A stretch of 64,000 bases of DNA from Felis catus (taxonomy: Eukaryota): the NCBI RefSeq assembly GCF_018350175.1, contig NC_058368.1:27344001-27408000 (forward strand), given 5' to 3'. The position numbers were made by a program, and so were the translations under genes. A model generated the notes under the pieces. The model saw nothing but the letters and a program-made list of their open reading frames with translations, had not been told where the DNA came from and ran no database searches. Shown one piece after another: positions 1 through 12,150 of the stretch. Each line of letters begins with the position of its first letter. The stretch's first letter is position 1.

Positions 1-40
1 TCTCTCAAAACAAACAAAGAAACAAACAAACAAAAGAAAG
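1..40 (+). mobile_element. 3' tail of a CAN-SINE truncated by window edge
   Basis: tctctcaaaa followed by an A-rich tail, the typical SINEC end. Confidence 0.55.
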
Positions 41-502
41 AGGCAAGTCCTGAAGCTATTTACTCCATCCAGGCGTGTGCAATGGAGATGGGGTCGGAAG
101 GAAGGTCTGGACGCTGTAATCAGGGTGCGTTTTGACACGTATAAAAAGAAGCATGGAGGGTGCCAGCAGGCCACAGAGCAGAGAAAATAACTTAGCAAGA
201 GCTTATAATGCAAGGAATTAAGAGCGACCCCATGCACAGTGAGAATTTGGCATTGCTCCTCAGAACTGGGAATCAATGACTTGAGTTCAGGAGAAGTAAA
301 TGTTAGGGGGAAGGAGTCTATGCAGATATGTCTAAGAGGGTCTTCCCTGGCCGAGTCTGACCTGCAAGGAGAAATTAGACGGGGTGGGAACTTTAAGAAG
401 GAGCTGTCTTGCCATTGTATAGATTTTGAGGGCCGGGAGGGAAAATTCGAGATGGGAGGAGAACCTAAGAAGCAAGGTTTTGGCGGGGGGGGGGGGGGGG
501 GG

Positions 503-723
503 GGGGCCACCTGGGTGGCTCAGTCAGTTAAGCATTCCAACTTTGGCTCAGGTAGTGATCTCACGGTTCATGAGTCCGAGCTCTGTGTTGGGCTCTGTGC
601 TGACAGCTCAGAGCCTGGAACCTGCTGTAGATTCTGTGTCTCCCTCTCTCTCTGCCCCTCGCGTGCTCACGCTCTTTCTCTTTCTCTCAAAAATAAATAA
701 ACATTAAAAAATTAAAAAAAAAA
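503..723 (+). mobile_element. CAN-SINE (felid SINEC_Fc-like), preceded by 22-nt poly-G
   Basis: ctgggtggctcagtcagttaag head, (CT)n, aataaa/polyA tail; imperfect TSD aaggttttgg/aagattttgg. Confidence 0.92.
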
Positions 724-1436
724 GATTTTGGAAAATCCAATGAAAAATGCAAACTCTTGTATTTAGTTTTAAAACATCAACTGCAAAGTTGCATAACGGC
801 ATCCTGCAGAGACACAACACCCGTGTTCTAGTTGAGTGAGGTTAGTTGATGCATGTCAGCTCCGTGATGGGACTGTCAAAAGTCTCGTGCCGTGAGATGA
901 CGTGAAGCCTTCCACAGAGGCCTGGCACAAAGCAAGCATTCAAACACGACCGTTGCTTTTTAATCATAATGTACCAAGTCAGCCGAAAGCATAGACTTCA
1001 GAATTAAGAAGGGTCGAAATCCCTGCCAGTCCTCTAGGTCAGCTTCTATTGGGGCCTATTTCTGGGACTAACCCCCTAGACTCAGAAAGGGTGGGTTTTA
1101 GAGGAAGTCACCTGTGGAGAGGCTAAGGGGAGCAGGGTCCCTGGGGCCCGGCGGGTGCTCCTATGAGCTTTCTTCGTGGATTTGACCAGCAGCAGGAGGA
1201 CAGGGGAGCAGACTTGTGACGACAGCCCAGGAGAGCAGAATAAAGACAATGGAGTTACTCCGGGATATCAGGTCCCGAGGCAACATACGAGACAGGTAAA
1301 CTTCTCACCGTGAAACCGTTAGTAGTGGAATGCACAGTCTTGGGAAGTCGTGAACATCCTGTCAGTAGCTGCGTCTTAGGGACGGCAGGGTGGACAGACA
1401 CTGGGGAACTCAGATGCACACTGGTGAAGCAGCAGG

Positions 1437-1550
1437 GACTCCGGGTCCTAATTTCAATTCCTCTCTTAACTGGCTGTGTCCCTTTGGGCAAGTCACTTCA
1501 CCTGTCTGAGCCTCGGTTTTCTCATCACGAAATCAAGAGGGTAGGACTAG
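1437..1550 (+). mobile_element. MIR SINE core fragment
   Basis: ctgtgtccctttgggcaagtcacttcacctgtctgagcctcggttttctcatc resembles MIR core. Confidence 0.75.
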
Positions 1551-2615
1551 GAAATACCCAGATCTCTTGCAGCTTTGAAAATTCACTGTGGTGAGGCCCA
1601 GCATCCTTTGCTTCCTGGTCAGAGTGAACCGCTGCACACCTGCCTGGCATATGCCAGCACGGTTTTCATGCCTCAGCTGGGCATGTGCCTCAGTGACTGA
1701 AGAGTGGGTGCTAGCAGGTCCAGGGGACAGAACGTCTTACTCCGAGTGTGACAGGTGAGGCCTCTGTACTGAGCTCTGGCACCAGATTCAAATCGCCCAG
1801 CCCCCAGCGTGAGTGACCTTCACAGAACCTTTGATAGGCTTTTACCTCCTGCTCACTCCAAATTTGGTTTTTGGGTGCAGGCTCCACGCACAGGAAAGAT
1901 CTGACAGACTTCGTTCGGCAGTCGTTGCTTCCCTGAACCAATTTTGGTGCAAATTTTGAAATTCTCTTCACTTGTGTTATAGTTTCAAATATGGACACAG
2001 ATCTCCTCACTCAAGTCAACAGTACTTAAAATAGCCGTTGACGGCTGCATTCCTCTGTTCTGCCAGCATTCTATCTGCAGTCAAAGGAGACAGAGGGTTT
2101 TATTTATGGAACGAGGCCTTTGTTTACAACGTGAGCACAGCAAGGCTCCAGGAGCTCACTTTGGGTGTACATCTTGGGTGTAAATAGAAAACATATCTCA
2201 CCACCTTTGGAACTCTTTGGAAAGATCACAAAAGCATTTTCAATGTTGCTTTCTTAGATTCCGCTTGTAGGCATTCACTTATCTTATAAAGTACACCGTT
2301 ATGTGAACTTATCATCTGTGGGGTTGATTTGTTCTTAATAAATACGTGGCCATCTTCAGGGTTGGTTTTTTTTTGGTTTTTTTTTTTTGTGTTTTTTTTT
2401 TTTTCCCCACAAAGGGAAAACATAAGAGCAATTCTGCCTCCAGGGGACTGGTTTTGAACATTTCTTCTAAGAGAACATTCAGAAATATCTTTTGTATTTA
2501 TGATCCTCATAAATATATTTTGAGAATACCTTTTCTACATGCCCATAGAAGTCATGCCCTTGAGACTCAGGTCAGCTGTCCCCCACTCCAGCATCCCTCC
2601 CATGACCCATCCCCC

Positions 2616-3062
2616 GTATTAGTTTCCCAGAACTGCCGTAAGAAAGTACCACAACCCGGGATGGCTTAAAACAGAAACATCATTCCCTCAGTTCTGGAGG
2701 CAAGAAGTCAGAAATCAAAGTGTCGGCATAGCCATCCTCTCTCTGGGAAGGAACCAGGGAAGAATCTGTTTCCGTGCCTTTCTCCTAGTTTCTGGTTTTT
2801 GATAGCAGTTCCTTGGCTTGCCACGACATAACTGAATCTCTGCCTCCATAGTCACGTGGCATCCTCTGTATGCCTGTGTCCCTTCTGTCCTCGTGAGGAC
2901 ATCGGTCATAATAGATAGAGCCCACCCTAATTGAGTATGACATTATCTTAACTTGATTACATCAGCAAAGACCCTATTTCTAAATAAAGTTACATTCACA
3001 GGGACCAGGGGAGTTGAGACTTCAACATACCTGTTCAGGGAGACACAATTCAAGCCATAACG
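2616..3062 (-). mobile_element. MaLR solo LTR (MLT1C/D-like)
   Basis: gtattagtttcc…aagtaccacaa…ggcttaaaacagaaa…cagttctggaggc…aagaccctatttctaaataaagttacattcacagg…acacaattcaagccataac. Confidence 0.85.
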
Positions 3063-3409
3063 CCCATATCCCAGTATGGTTTCTGCGCCCCCCCTTCTCT
3101 GTGTTTCCATAGCACCCCCTATTTAAATGTCTCACAACAGTTGTCATACTCTATTGTCATTTTCTGTTTAGTTGTTTCTGCCGCCGGACTGTCACTTCGT
3201 GGGAGGAAGGATTCCTGTATTATCTTTACAGGCGAAGTACCTACCAGAGCAGCCAGCATTTACAAGGCGCTCAAATGTTTGTCAAAACAAATACTTCGCC
3301 ATCACCGTCATGACCCTTTATGTGTATACAATATTAATAACATGTTTATAGCAGCTTACGTAACTATTATTATACATAAAATACATATTTATAACATTGC
3401 CTATAAGTG

Positions 3410-3680
3410 CGACCATTTGTTACACACTTACCATGTGCCAGACGTTACGTTAAACACTTCAGATTTTTTTTAAATCCCATTTAATCCTCTCAAGAGGATT
3501 AAAATTTATGATATGATTTGATATGATATGATTTATGATTTATGACATGATTATCCCCATTTTTCAGATATTATAAATGAGGCTTAGGAAGGTTAACCTT
3601 CCCGAGGTTGTGTAGCCTCAGGAAAGACCCAGGGCCTGACCACAGGGACATTTGATTGCAGATTTGGGCTCCTGACACGC
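3410..3680 (-). mobile_element. MIR SINE interrupted by short palindrome and (TATGA)n-like repeat
   Basis: cacttaccatgtgccag…catttaatcctc…ttatccccatttttcagat…tgaggcttaggaaggttaa. Confidence 0.7.
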
Positions 3681-3950
3681 TGATATCCTGCCTTCACACA
3701 GGCTGTCCTCTCCGATGCTCCCATTCTGTGGAGGTGGAATCTCTGGTTCATGTTCACGTTTATCTGCAGAAGACCCTGAAGCCCAGAGAGGCTAAGGGAT
3801 CAGTCAGCCTTAGCTGACTCAGCTGTGCCCACGTCCTTCCAGCTCGAGTTTACCTTTTTAAAAACTGGTTTCCTGTGTTGATCATGAGTTTTCAAGAATA
3901 TTGGAGAAAAGGAGGACATGTAATGAAAAAAAAAAAAAAAAAACATTCCC

Positions 3951-4171
3951 AGAACGCCTGGGTGGCTCAGTCGGTTAAGCGTCCGACATCAGCTCAGGTC
4001 ATGATCTCGTGGTCTGTGAGTTCGAGCCCCACGTCAGGCTATGTGCTGTCAGCCCAGGGCCTGGAACCTGCTTCGGATTCTGTGTCTCCCTCTCTCTCTG
4101 CCCCTCCCCCACTCACTCTTTCTCTCTCTCTCTCTCTCAAAAATCAATAAACATTAAAAAAAGAAAAGAAA
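3951..4171 (+). mobile_element. CAN-SINE (felid)
   Basis: cgcctgggtggctcagtcggttaagcgtccgac head, B-box gagttcgagcc, (CT)n, A tail. Confidence 0.93.
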
Positions 4172-6949
4172 CAAGCATTCCTTTAACAGTCTGAGTTTAA
4201 CAGACATTGTAGAAGAGTAGGTCCTGTCAATTGCAACGAGAAACTATCATGAGAAACAGTGTCCATCATGTATCCTAAATGCCCAATAAACAGAATGTCC
4301 TCACGTACTACGTAGTTTCTCTGTCGAGTGAGAAGGGATCATATTTTGAGACAATAAGTCCTCTGAAGAAAGGACAGGAGTTTCTGCTCGTGTGCCAGAG
4401 CCCCTCCAGCCTGTCTCTCGGCCCGGCCCCCACAAGCTTGGCACCTCCCTGGACTTGAGGTCCCGTCTGGGCCTCAGGTACGAGGAAGGAGGCCCCTGGG
4501 GCCCTGCCTTCCAAGACTCAGCATCCAGCTGGCTTTGACACTGGCCGGGCTGTGACCCAGGCCCCAGGACTGATGCCTGGCGTGTCTGCCTCCTTTCACA
4601 ATCCCTAGGCCTTGCTTCTGGTGTCTGTCTTGCTTCTCCAGCCTGGGATCCAGCCCACGTAACCTCCCCGTCGGTTTCTCTCAGCCCGTGACCCCGACAC
4701 GTTGTTACCGCACCTCTACCCGGATGGAGTCAGAACGTGGATCAGGGTGGTTCAGGCCCCGTGACCTGCCAGCGGCATCCCCTGGCAAAGCTGGCCTGCC
4801 TGGTCTCGTGTTTTGTCTGCTGCTCATGATCTCTGCCCAGGACTAGACCTAATGCTAACCTTTGGCTAGCCTGACTCCTGCCTCTTTTTTCATATTATTC
4901 TCTTGGAACGCTGTGCCCTGCCTTCTGGGCCACACTTGTTCCTGGCACAGACAGTGCACCTGTGTCCCCCGAGCCTCAGCTCAGCCCAGCATGCATGCAC
5001 ACCCACACCTAACCTAGTTCGGTCCGGCCTTGACAGAGATAGGCCTCGATGGCCTTTCTTTCGAGGGAGGTCTAGTTCTCATTTCAAATAGGTAGACATC
5101 AGTGAGGCACTGATGGGAAAGGGGGCTGGCCACTGCTAGGGGCAGCAGACAAATTGAGAAGGAGGGGTCGGCGGGCAGCACAGCCGGCAGGGGGCCTCGG
5201 CCTAGAAAGCGCACGTCCGACCTTTGGTGGCCGCCGTCCCAGGGAGAATAAAGCCAGAATGTACTGGCTCGAACAGCAAGATGCGGTCTCATCTAATCTG
5301 ACTCCCGCGGCCCCTCGGGACACTGGGGTCACACTGTCGCATGCGGACCGTGCTGTAGCACGGACAGTTGTTTGGAATTCCCCAGGCCCATCAGGCTCTC
5401 CCCAGCGGGCCCCTTCCTGGGCTGACCTCTGAGCCTCGGTTTTCTCAACTCTTCTGCTGAGTTTGGTGCCCATCTTTCATGTTCTCCTTAAACATGTGAT
5501 TTCCCCAAGCGGGGGACATATTACAGTTCGCGACGCCAGATCCTTGCAGCGGTAGGTGCCCAGTAAGTGCCAAATGAATGAGTGAAAGAAAGAAACTGTC
5601 GTGCCTGAATACAAGACCCTAACCTCCCCTCTGAAAAAATGCTTGCCCAATTGATGAAACACTCACTGGGCTGTGTATGGATCGGTAAGCAGGACTTGTG
5701 TTCCTGCTTTTGTCTTGTCCGGTTGGGAGAAGACAACCAGAGAGAATCGTTGGCTCAGCTTTGGCCTTAGCACCTGCTTGCTTGGCTTGGCCTCCTTCCA
5801 AGGAGAAGCCGGACAGGGCTGCCGTCTTTGAAACAAATAGCCCTTCCTCTTGTTTAAGTACGGTTTCTGAAAGAAAGTTCTACTCTCTACTTAATTGGAT
5901 TCTTTCGTGCTGCAAGTTAAGCCTTCTTCCTCTTTTCCGTGAGTGGAATTATAACTCATTATCTCTGAAGTTCACAGGGGTACCTTTTCTAGGCAAGACA
6001 AGGAACTGCCTCTTAGAGCTTGAATTCTCTCTTCACCTTTGTCTTCCTGTGCATCGGTCTTTCTCCGACTCCCCCAAAATTGAGCGTTTCCTTTAATGAG
6101 TTAGTACAGAATAGGTTCCTGTGCCATTTGAGAAAACAATTTCCATCTGTTCGTATATTGTTAACAAGTAATGGGTTCTTATTTAAAAAAATTTTAAAAA
6201 AAAGGTCTAATCCTTCCCTACTTCCTCCTCTCAAATACTGAATCTCCGATCCTTTGAGGTCCAACATAATTTAAGTGTTAATTCCTTTCTAAGCCCTTTT
6301 CAAGCTACTGTACTCACCATGCAGATTTCATTAAACCTCAGAGTCTCTTCATATTGATGTCTCAGAAAAAGCAAAGTAACGCTTGCTCTATATTAAAATA
6401 CTTTGCTCAAGAGCAGTGTCTTTTGTCCCCATTTATTTATCTGGCCTCCCAAAAGAAAACAGAAGTGCGTTACGACTAAAGAGAACACAAGCGCCGGGCT
6501 TCACATCTCATTTGTGAGAAACATCTGGTTATTACAATTCACAGGGTTTGCTGTCCTGAGCCGTTTCAGCCTTAAATCACCCTGTGTTGGCAAACAACAG
6601 AGAGGGCCAGGCCAGGAATGAAACAGACGAACCTTATGTACAGAATGAGATTAAATAAAAGCATATGCATGCCAATATTTCGATTTCTAATATATTCACC
6701 TTGAAAGGCAATCTGTTGTTTCAGTGATCATCATCACTGAAGTCCTTGCAAGCAAATTGCTTAAGATGGGACACTGAAAGCCATTCTGCTCGGGAACTTC
6801 CCCTTCAGACTTGGCATCTGGGACGGAAGGATACGTCTTAACTTTTTTAAAGAGAGGAGTGAATGTTCAGTAGTGACATAGATCAGGTGAAAGATCAAGT
6901 CGGTTCGTTCGAATGGAAACTTTGAAATAGTCAAGAGACGCATTTAAAT

Positions 6950-7100
6950 ACAGAGCCAGAGACCTACGGGCCCCTGTGCGGACTCTGCCTTTTGTTTGCT
7001 TTGTGGTGTTGGGGATTTCACTTAACTGCTTTAAGCCTCAATTTCTTTGTCTGTGAAATGAGAAAAAAGACCTGGGAAACTTCATGAGGACTTCAAATGA
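6950..7100 (+). mobile_element. MIR fragment
   Basis: cacttaactgctttaagcctcaatttctttgtctgtgaaatgag. Confidence 0.6.
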
Positions 7101-8046
7101 CTAACCAAAGTCCCAGTCTTGTCTCTGTCACTTCCAAGCCTTTGTGTCTTTTGTGTATCACTTGTTTTGAGCGGTGTCAGCGCAGAATCCCTACTACTGC
7201 TCTAAGAGATTATTCAGCCAAACCATCCCATGTTACAGATGAAGAAACTAAAAACCATAATTACAGAAGAAGTACCTAGGATGTCAAGACGACTCCTCCG
7301 AACAAGAATGCTCATTTGGCATTTAGACTTAGGACCTTTTTTTTTTTTTTAAACCAAAGCACAACGAGAAAAGAACGCTCATTTTATTGAAGTCGTGCTG
7401 GCACATTGCCAAGTTAGATGGATCTCCTAAGAAATGGGACAGCAGTCCTCCTGGGGTTATAGATCGGGATCACCCTGCTTATGCTGTTCAACCCAGAAAG
7501 AGAGTGGAAGTATCCAGGGTAGCTGCAGGAAAGCTATGACAAACCTTTTCCCAGAAAGGAAAAGGTTTTGCTGGTGGTTTCTATGCGCTGGAGTAGCTTA
7601 GTAAACAGAGGGCGTGACTGTCACTTCATCTGCCTCTGGGCTTGCTGGACCTTTCGGCACAGGTAAGCAAAGGGTGAGGCCATGCCACTAAGGCAGGGGC
7701 TTTCCAGGGTCAGAAGGGCCAGGAGGGAGGAATGGGAATGATCTAGGACGACGAGGGAGAAGAGATAGGAGAGTTTCACGGCTGAGGAGTAGTGGAGGGT
7801 CACCATGACTACTGCCGGTGATCTGTGCTCCTGGGTGTCTACCTGGAACATCATCACGCTCCCAGGGAGACTGTCTGCTTTCTGCAAACAGAAAAACTCT
7901 CAGGAGAAGGATCCCCTTGCAGCTACTTTTAGGCACTCAGTACATTATTGTAACAGTCCCTGCTTATTACTTATCTTAAATCTTACTTATTTAGGATAAG
8001 AAAATCCCTGTATATCATCTTTGCCGTTACTTGTTTCATTACCGCA

Positions 8047-8048
<2 letters not shown>

Positions 8049-8086
<38 letters not shown>
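8049..8086. repeat. (CA)n microsatellite
   Basis: Direct reading. Confidence 0.95.
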
Positions 8087-8089
<3 letters not shown>

Positions 8090-8893
8090 CAACACCACCA
8101 AAAAACAACTCATTGCTTATATTGGAAAACCCATTCCTTTTGCCCCCTTTCATTTTTTTTTTTATACAGGGCGTAAATTTGTTGTTTTAATACAGGGCAT
8201 AACGATTTCAGAAGGGTTGGTCAATTATTTGTTGATTGAATTAGAGGAAGAAAGTGTGATTATCCAATGGAATCCAGAAATGTAAAGCTAATTTTGTGCC
8301 TCATGTATATAACCCAGCCATGGTAATTATAATCACTCGTTGTTTTTTGTTTCCTGGGGGAAATAGGTTAGGTTGGACCTGAGTGTATCGTTATAAAGTA
8401 TGCACATTTAAATTGAACTTTTCTAAATCTAGGTCACTCGGGTAAGAAGGCTCTTTTGATAAAACCAGATTGACAATTAGATTCACAGGGCACTTCAATG
8501 TTAAATGGTATTCTTCCCACATTCTGGGTCATAAGGCAGTGTAAACAATACACTGCTGTTAAGAAACAGAACATCACATTCACAATAACTGCAGAGCTTC
8601 ATGGTGCGTGGTTTTCCACTTTAATAGGCTGTGTTCTGTTCTGCCATGTTAATATCTTAAGTAATATGATTTTCTTTTCATGTAGCTTTAAGTTCATCTT
8701 TTATTTTCTCTTTAGCTTTCTGGAATAGCTTTCTATAATGCTACATCTTCAGGAGACATTCCTAAAAAAAAAAAAAAAAAAAAAAAAAATAGAAAGCATA
8801 AAGCCGAATAATCTTTGCAAGCAAACAGCAAAAACAACAATGAAAATTGATTTCAGATCCTCCAGCCAAAATGTTATCTTGTGTACTTTTCAG

Positions 8894-9067
8894 ACTCAAT
8901 CTGTGTTCCAGGCTTTGATCCAGGCCTCAACATGATGACTGGGATCACCCCCATTAACCCGATGATTCCAGGCCTGGGGCTGGTACCACCGCCACCACCA
9001 ACAGAAGTGGCTGTCGTCAAAGAAATAATCCACTGCAAAAGTTGTACTCTTTTCCCTCAAAATCCAA
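8894..9067 (+). CDS. ENOX1: ENOX1 coding exon A (174 nt, phase 1-1): DSICVPGFDPGLNMMTGITPINPMIPGLGLVPPPPPTEVAVVKEIIHCKSCTLFPQNP
   Basis: Acceptor tacttttcag|AC at 8893/8894; donor CCAA|gtaagt at 9067/9068; overlaps ORF 8881..9084. Confidence 0.96.
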
Positions 9068-9105
9068 GTAAGTGTTGCCTGTGAAAGATACTCATCAATT
9101 TAAAC

Positions 9106-9308
9106 TTCTTTCTCTTCTTTCTTTCTTTCTCTTTCTTTCTTTCTTTCTTTTGTTTGTTCTTTCGTTCTTTCTTTCCCTTCCTTCTTTCTTTCTTTCTCTC
9201 TCTTTCTTTCTCTTTCTTTTCTTTCTTTCTTTCCTTTTTTCTCTCTCTTTCTTTTTCTTTCCTTCTTTCTTTCTCTTTCTTTCTTTCTTTCTTTCTCTCT
9301 TTCTCTTT

Positions 9309-9351
<43 letters not shown>

Positions 9352-9369
9352 CTTTCTCTCTCTCTCTTT

Positions 9370-9416
<47 letters not shown>

Positions 9417-9447
9417 CTCTTTCTTTCTTTCCTTCTTTCTTTCTTTC
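9106..9447. repeat. ~340 bp (CTTT)n/(CT)n polypyrimidine microsatellite
   Basis: Nearly pure C/T tract starting about 40 nt after the exon A donor. Confidence 0.97.
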
Positions 9448-10602
9448 ATGTAGCATTGTATTCACTTTCAGATCTGACTCAGAATTCTTCCACACGCAGG
9501 CACAAAGTGGAGGTCCATTCTCCATGAGGCCTTTGTCTCTAGATTAGCCCAAATGGATGGGGATATGTCCATGTGTTGTATCCAGGAGCTGAACTGACAC
9601 CTGAAGGCAGTATGTGTGATTTGGGGATATATATCCAGCATTAAGAATCTTTTTGCATGCAATGACATCTAGCATTTGCTGCAAAACATAGTGTGAAATA
9701 TGTGAGCATTTCCATCCATCGTCACAAATGTAGGAGAAAAACTCCGAAATGTGCTTTGCTAGATGCAATATTGAATTAATTTAGCAGTTTGCAATTTTGG
9801 GGGGAGGCTGCATCTCAGAGTTTCTGGGCCAAATTACATTTGCTTGAAGGAAACATACATTCGATGACATAAATGAGCCAGATTTTTTTTTTTAATTTAG
9901 GCTCAGATACTAAGTTTATGGGCTTAAATAGCTAGAATTTTTTTTTATTCATATTAATCAGTGTTGCCTTTTTGAAGTGGACTTTTCAGGAGATTGCTTT
10001 AGTAATCTACATGTAAACTAGGTAAAATGTTGTGACAGTATAGGTTTTATCTTTTCCTACAGCCTTCCCCCAATGTAATCATTTGCTCATTTAAATGTGA
10101 ATAATAATTTTTTTTTAAAAAAGTGGTTTTTCAGGCCCGATGTTTGGTGTTTCCCCGGCCCAGCAAGTACTGCTTTCGGGTTGTGTTCCCAGTTTTCTGC
10201 CTTGCTGATCCATTATCCCGCAAGGAGACAAAGCCGATAACAAGCCCAAGTTTTCCATCATGTTGTCATTTCATCATGCTTTGTCCTTTGTGAGGTTTTT
10301 TTCCCCCCCGTTTTCTGGGCTTCTGTATTATGAAGGAGAAATGAAATTATGCTAACACTTGCATTATCTCTGTTCACGGACAAGCATAGCCAGTCTGTGT
10401 AGAAAGGAACACAGAAAGTTAAGGTTGGGGAGGGGAGAGGAGGTGAAAACAAGGCAGCCTGCCAGCCGTGTAGGTCGGTGTAGAAATCTATCCTTCCTCA
10501 GAATGGACACAGTTACTCTTCAAGTGTCACTTTCACCAGGTGAGCCAGGAAGAGGGCAAAGAAATAAAAGTCAAAACCCCTCTGTTTTGTTGTGATTAAT
10601 AG

Positions 10603-10809
10603 ATCTTCCACCTCCTTCCACAAGAGAACGACCTCCTGGGTGTAAGACCGTGTTTGTCGGGGGATTACCAGAAAACGCTACTGAGGAAATTATTCAAGAA
10701 GTCTTTGAGCAGTGCGGTGATATTACAGCGATTCGGAAAAGCAAGAAGAATTTCTGTCACATTCGCTTTGCAGAGGAATTCATGGTTGATAAAGCCATTT
10801 ACCTTTCCG
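10603..10809 (+). CDS. ENOX1: ENOX1 coding exon B (207 nt, phase 1-1): N-terminal part of RRM (RNP2 VFVGGL, RNP1-like KNFCHIRF)
   Basis: Acceptor attaatag|AT at 10602/10603; donor TCCG|gtactt at 10809/10810; translates NLPPPSTRERPPGCKTVFVGGLPENATEE…KAIYLS. Confidence 0.96.
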
Positions 10810-12009
10810 GTACTTTGCATTACATCGGGGGTTTTCTCAGCATTTTGTTACGTTTTGTGATGTTAATATGAGCTTATTCCCTTTTGCCTTAATGTACAAT
10901 AAAGTCCTCACAGTTAGGGGCTGGAAAAGGAGGAACTCTGCCTTTTCCTTGGCTGCCAGAATCTCTATGCTAAGTCTGTGAGCGTTCCTCGCTGCACGAA
11001 GGGTTGCCCAACACCAGTCTTTAGGAATTCCACTGAGGTTCTAATTAATGTTCTCAAGTGCTTATTAGATGAAAAGCAATATTATGAAGACTGAGGGCCA
11101 TTATTATTATTGGATGCCATTCCCGGGAGGAATAAAGTATGCTCTCGGCACAATTTCAGTTTTCCGGAAGTGGCTCACTTTCTAGACCCCCAGGGTAGCA
11201 GGTCAAGATCAGTTCCTCGCAGGAAGCAGCCTGATGTCATTGCCACTTTAGGGGAAGGCCCGATATCATTGCCCAATTGCCAGTGCACTTAGATTGGTGA
11301 AGGCTGCCCCGTGATATCTGCTGCCTTGGTGCCAGCTCATAGGGGAGATTTTTACAGATGCTGAAATTAGACCCAGTGCCGCCTATCGCTCTGTGGCTGT
11401 TGGAGCCACTGTAGGGAGTCTGTCATCCGGGCCTTTACCAAACCCAAGAACTACGCATCTCGTATTGGTATGTGGCTTTAGAAAGCTGTGCGCTTAGATT
11501 CAGCTCCCTGATGTTCCCTCACACTCTCCATCTCGCATGTTTCCCATCCATCACTCTGCACACCACCTCCCCGTTCCGGAGGCAAAGCTCATGAGGGAAG
11601 GTGAGAAAAGAATGGGGGAAAAAATAACCTGAACGCCCCTGCCAGGCTTAATTTCTGCAGGCAGCTCCCTTCCCCCCCCACGGAACACTCTTGCGAACCC
11701 CAGCCGCCTCGGGGTTATTCCGACACTGCTGTGACTTTGCGGAGTAGAGCTGGCGTAGAGATGTGGAGGACTTTAAAACCCTTATTCCAAGAAAACCTAA
11801 CAAAGTGGGGGAAAACTCTGAAAGCCTTCTAAAGGAGATGGAAGACGAAACACAGAGGAAAATATTTTACAGCGCACAAACAGCTACGTGTTTTGCTTCC
11901 CATATCTTCTTGGGCCACAGCATCAGAGTACTCTTGTTACACACACAGGTGGTGGCTCTGTCACCAGCATGCCTGGCGATGGGTCTCACGGGTCTCACGT
12001 GCCTCGGGC

Positions 12010-12150
12010 TAGAATACCTCTCCCTGGCTTCCATTTTCTCATCTGCAAAACTGAGGCAGCAACAGTACTAACTTATAGGATTATTATGAGGAACGAATCA
12101 ACATAATGGATATTAAGTGCTTAGCAGGGCACCAACAACAATAGGAACCA
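12010..12150 (+). mobile_element. MIR fragment
   Basis: ttttctcatctgcaaaactgagg…tacta acttataggattattatgagg…aagtgcttagcagggcac. Confidence 0.65.

Noticed and set aside
9057..9527. Long K/E/R-rich and F/L/S-rich ORFs
   Set aside because: Translations of the (CTTT)n microsatellite; the same applies to ORFs at 41987-42474
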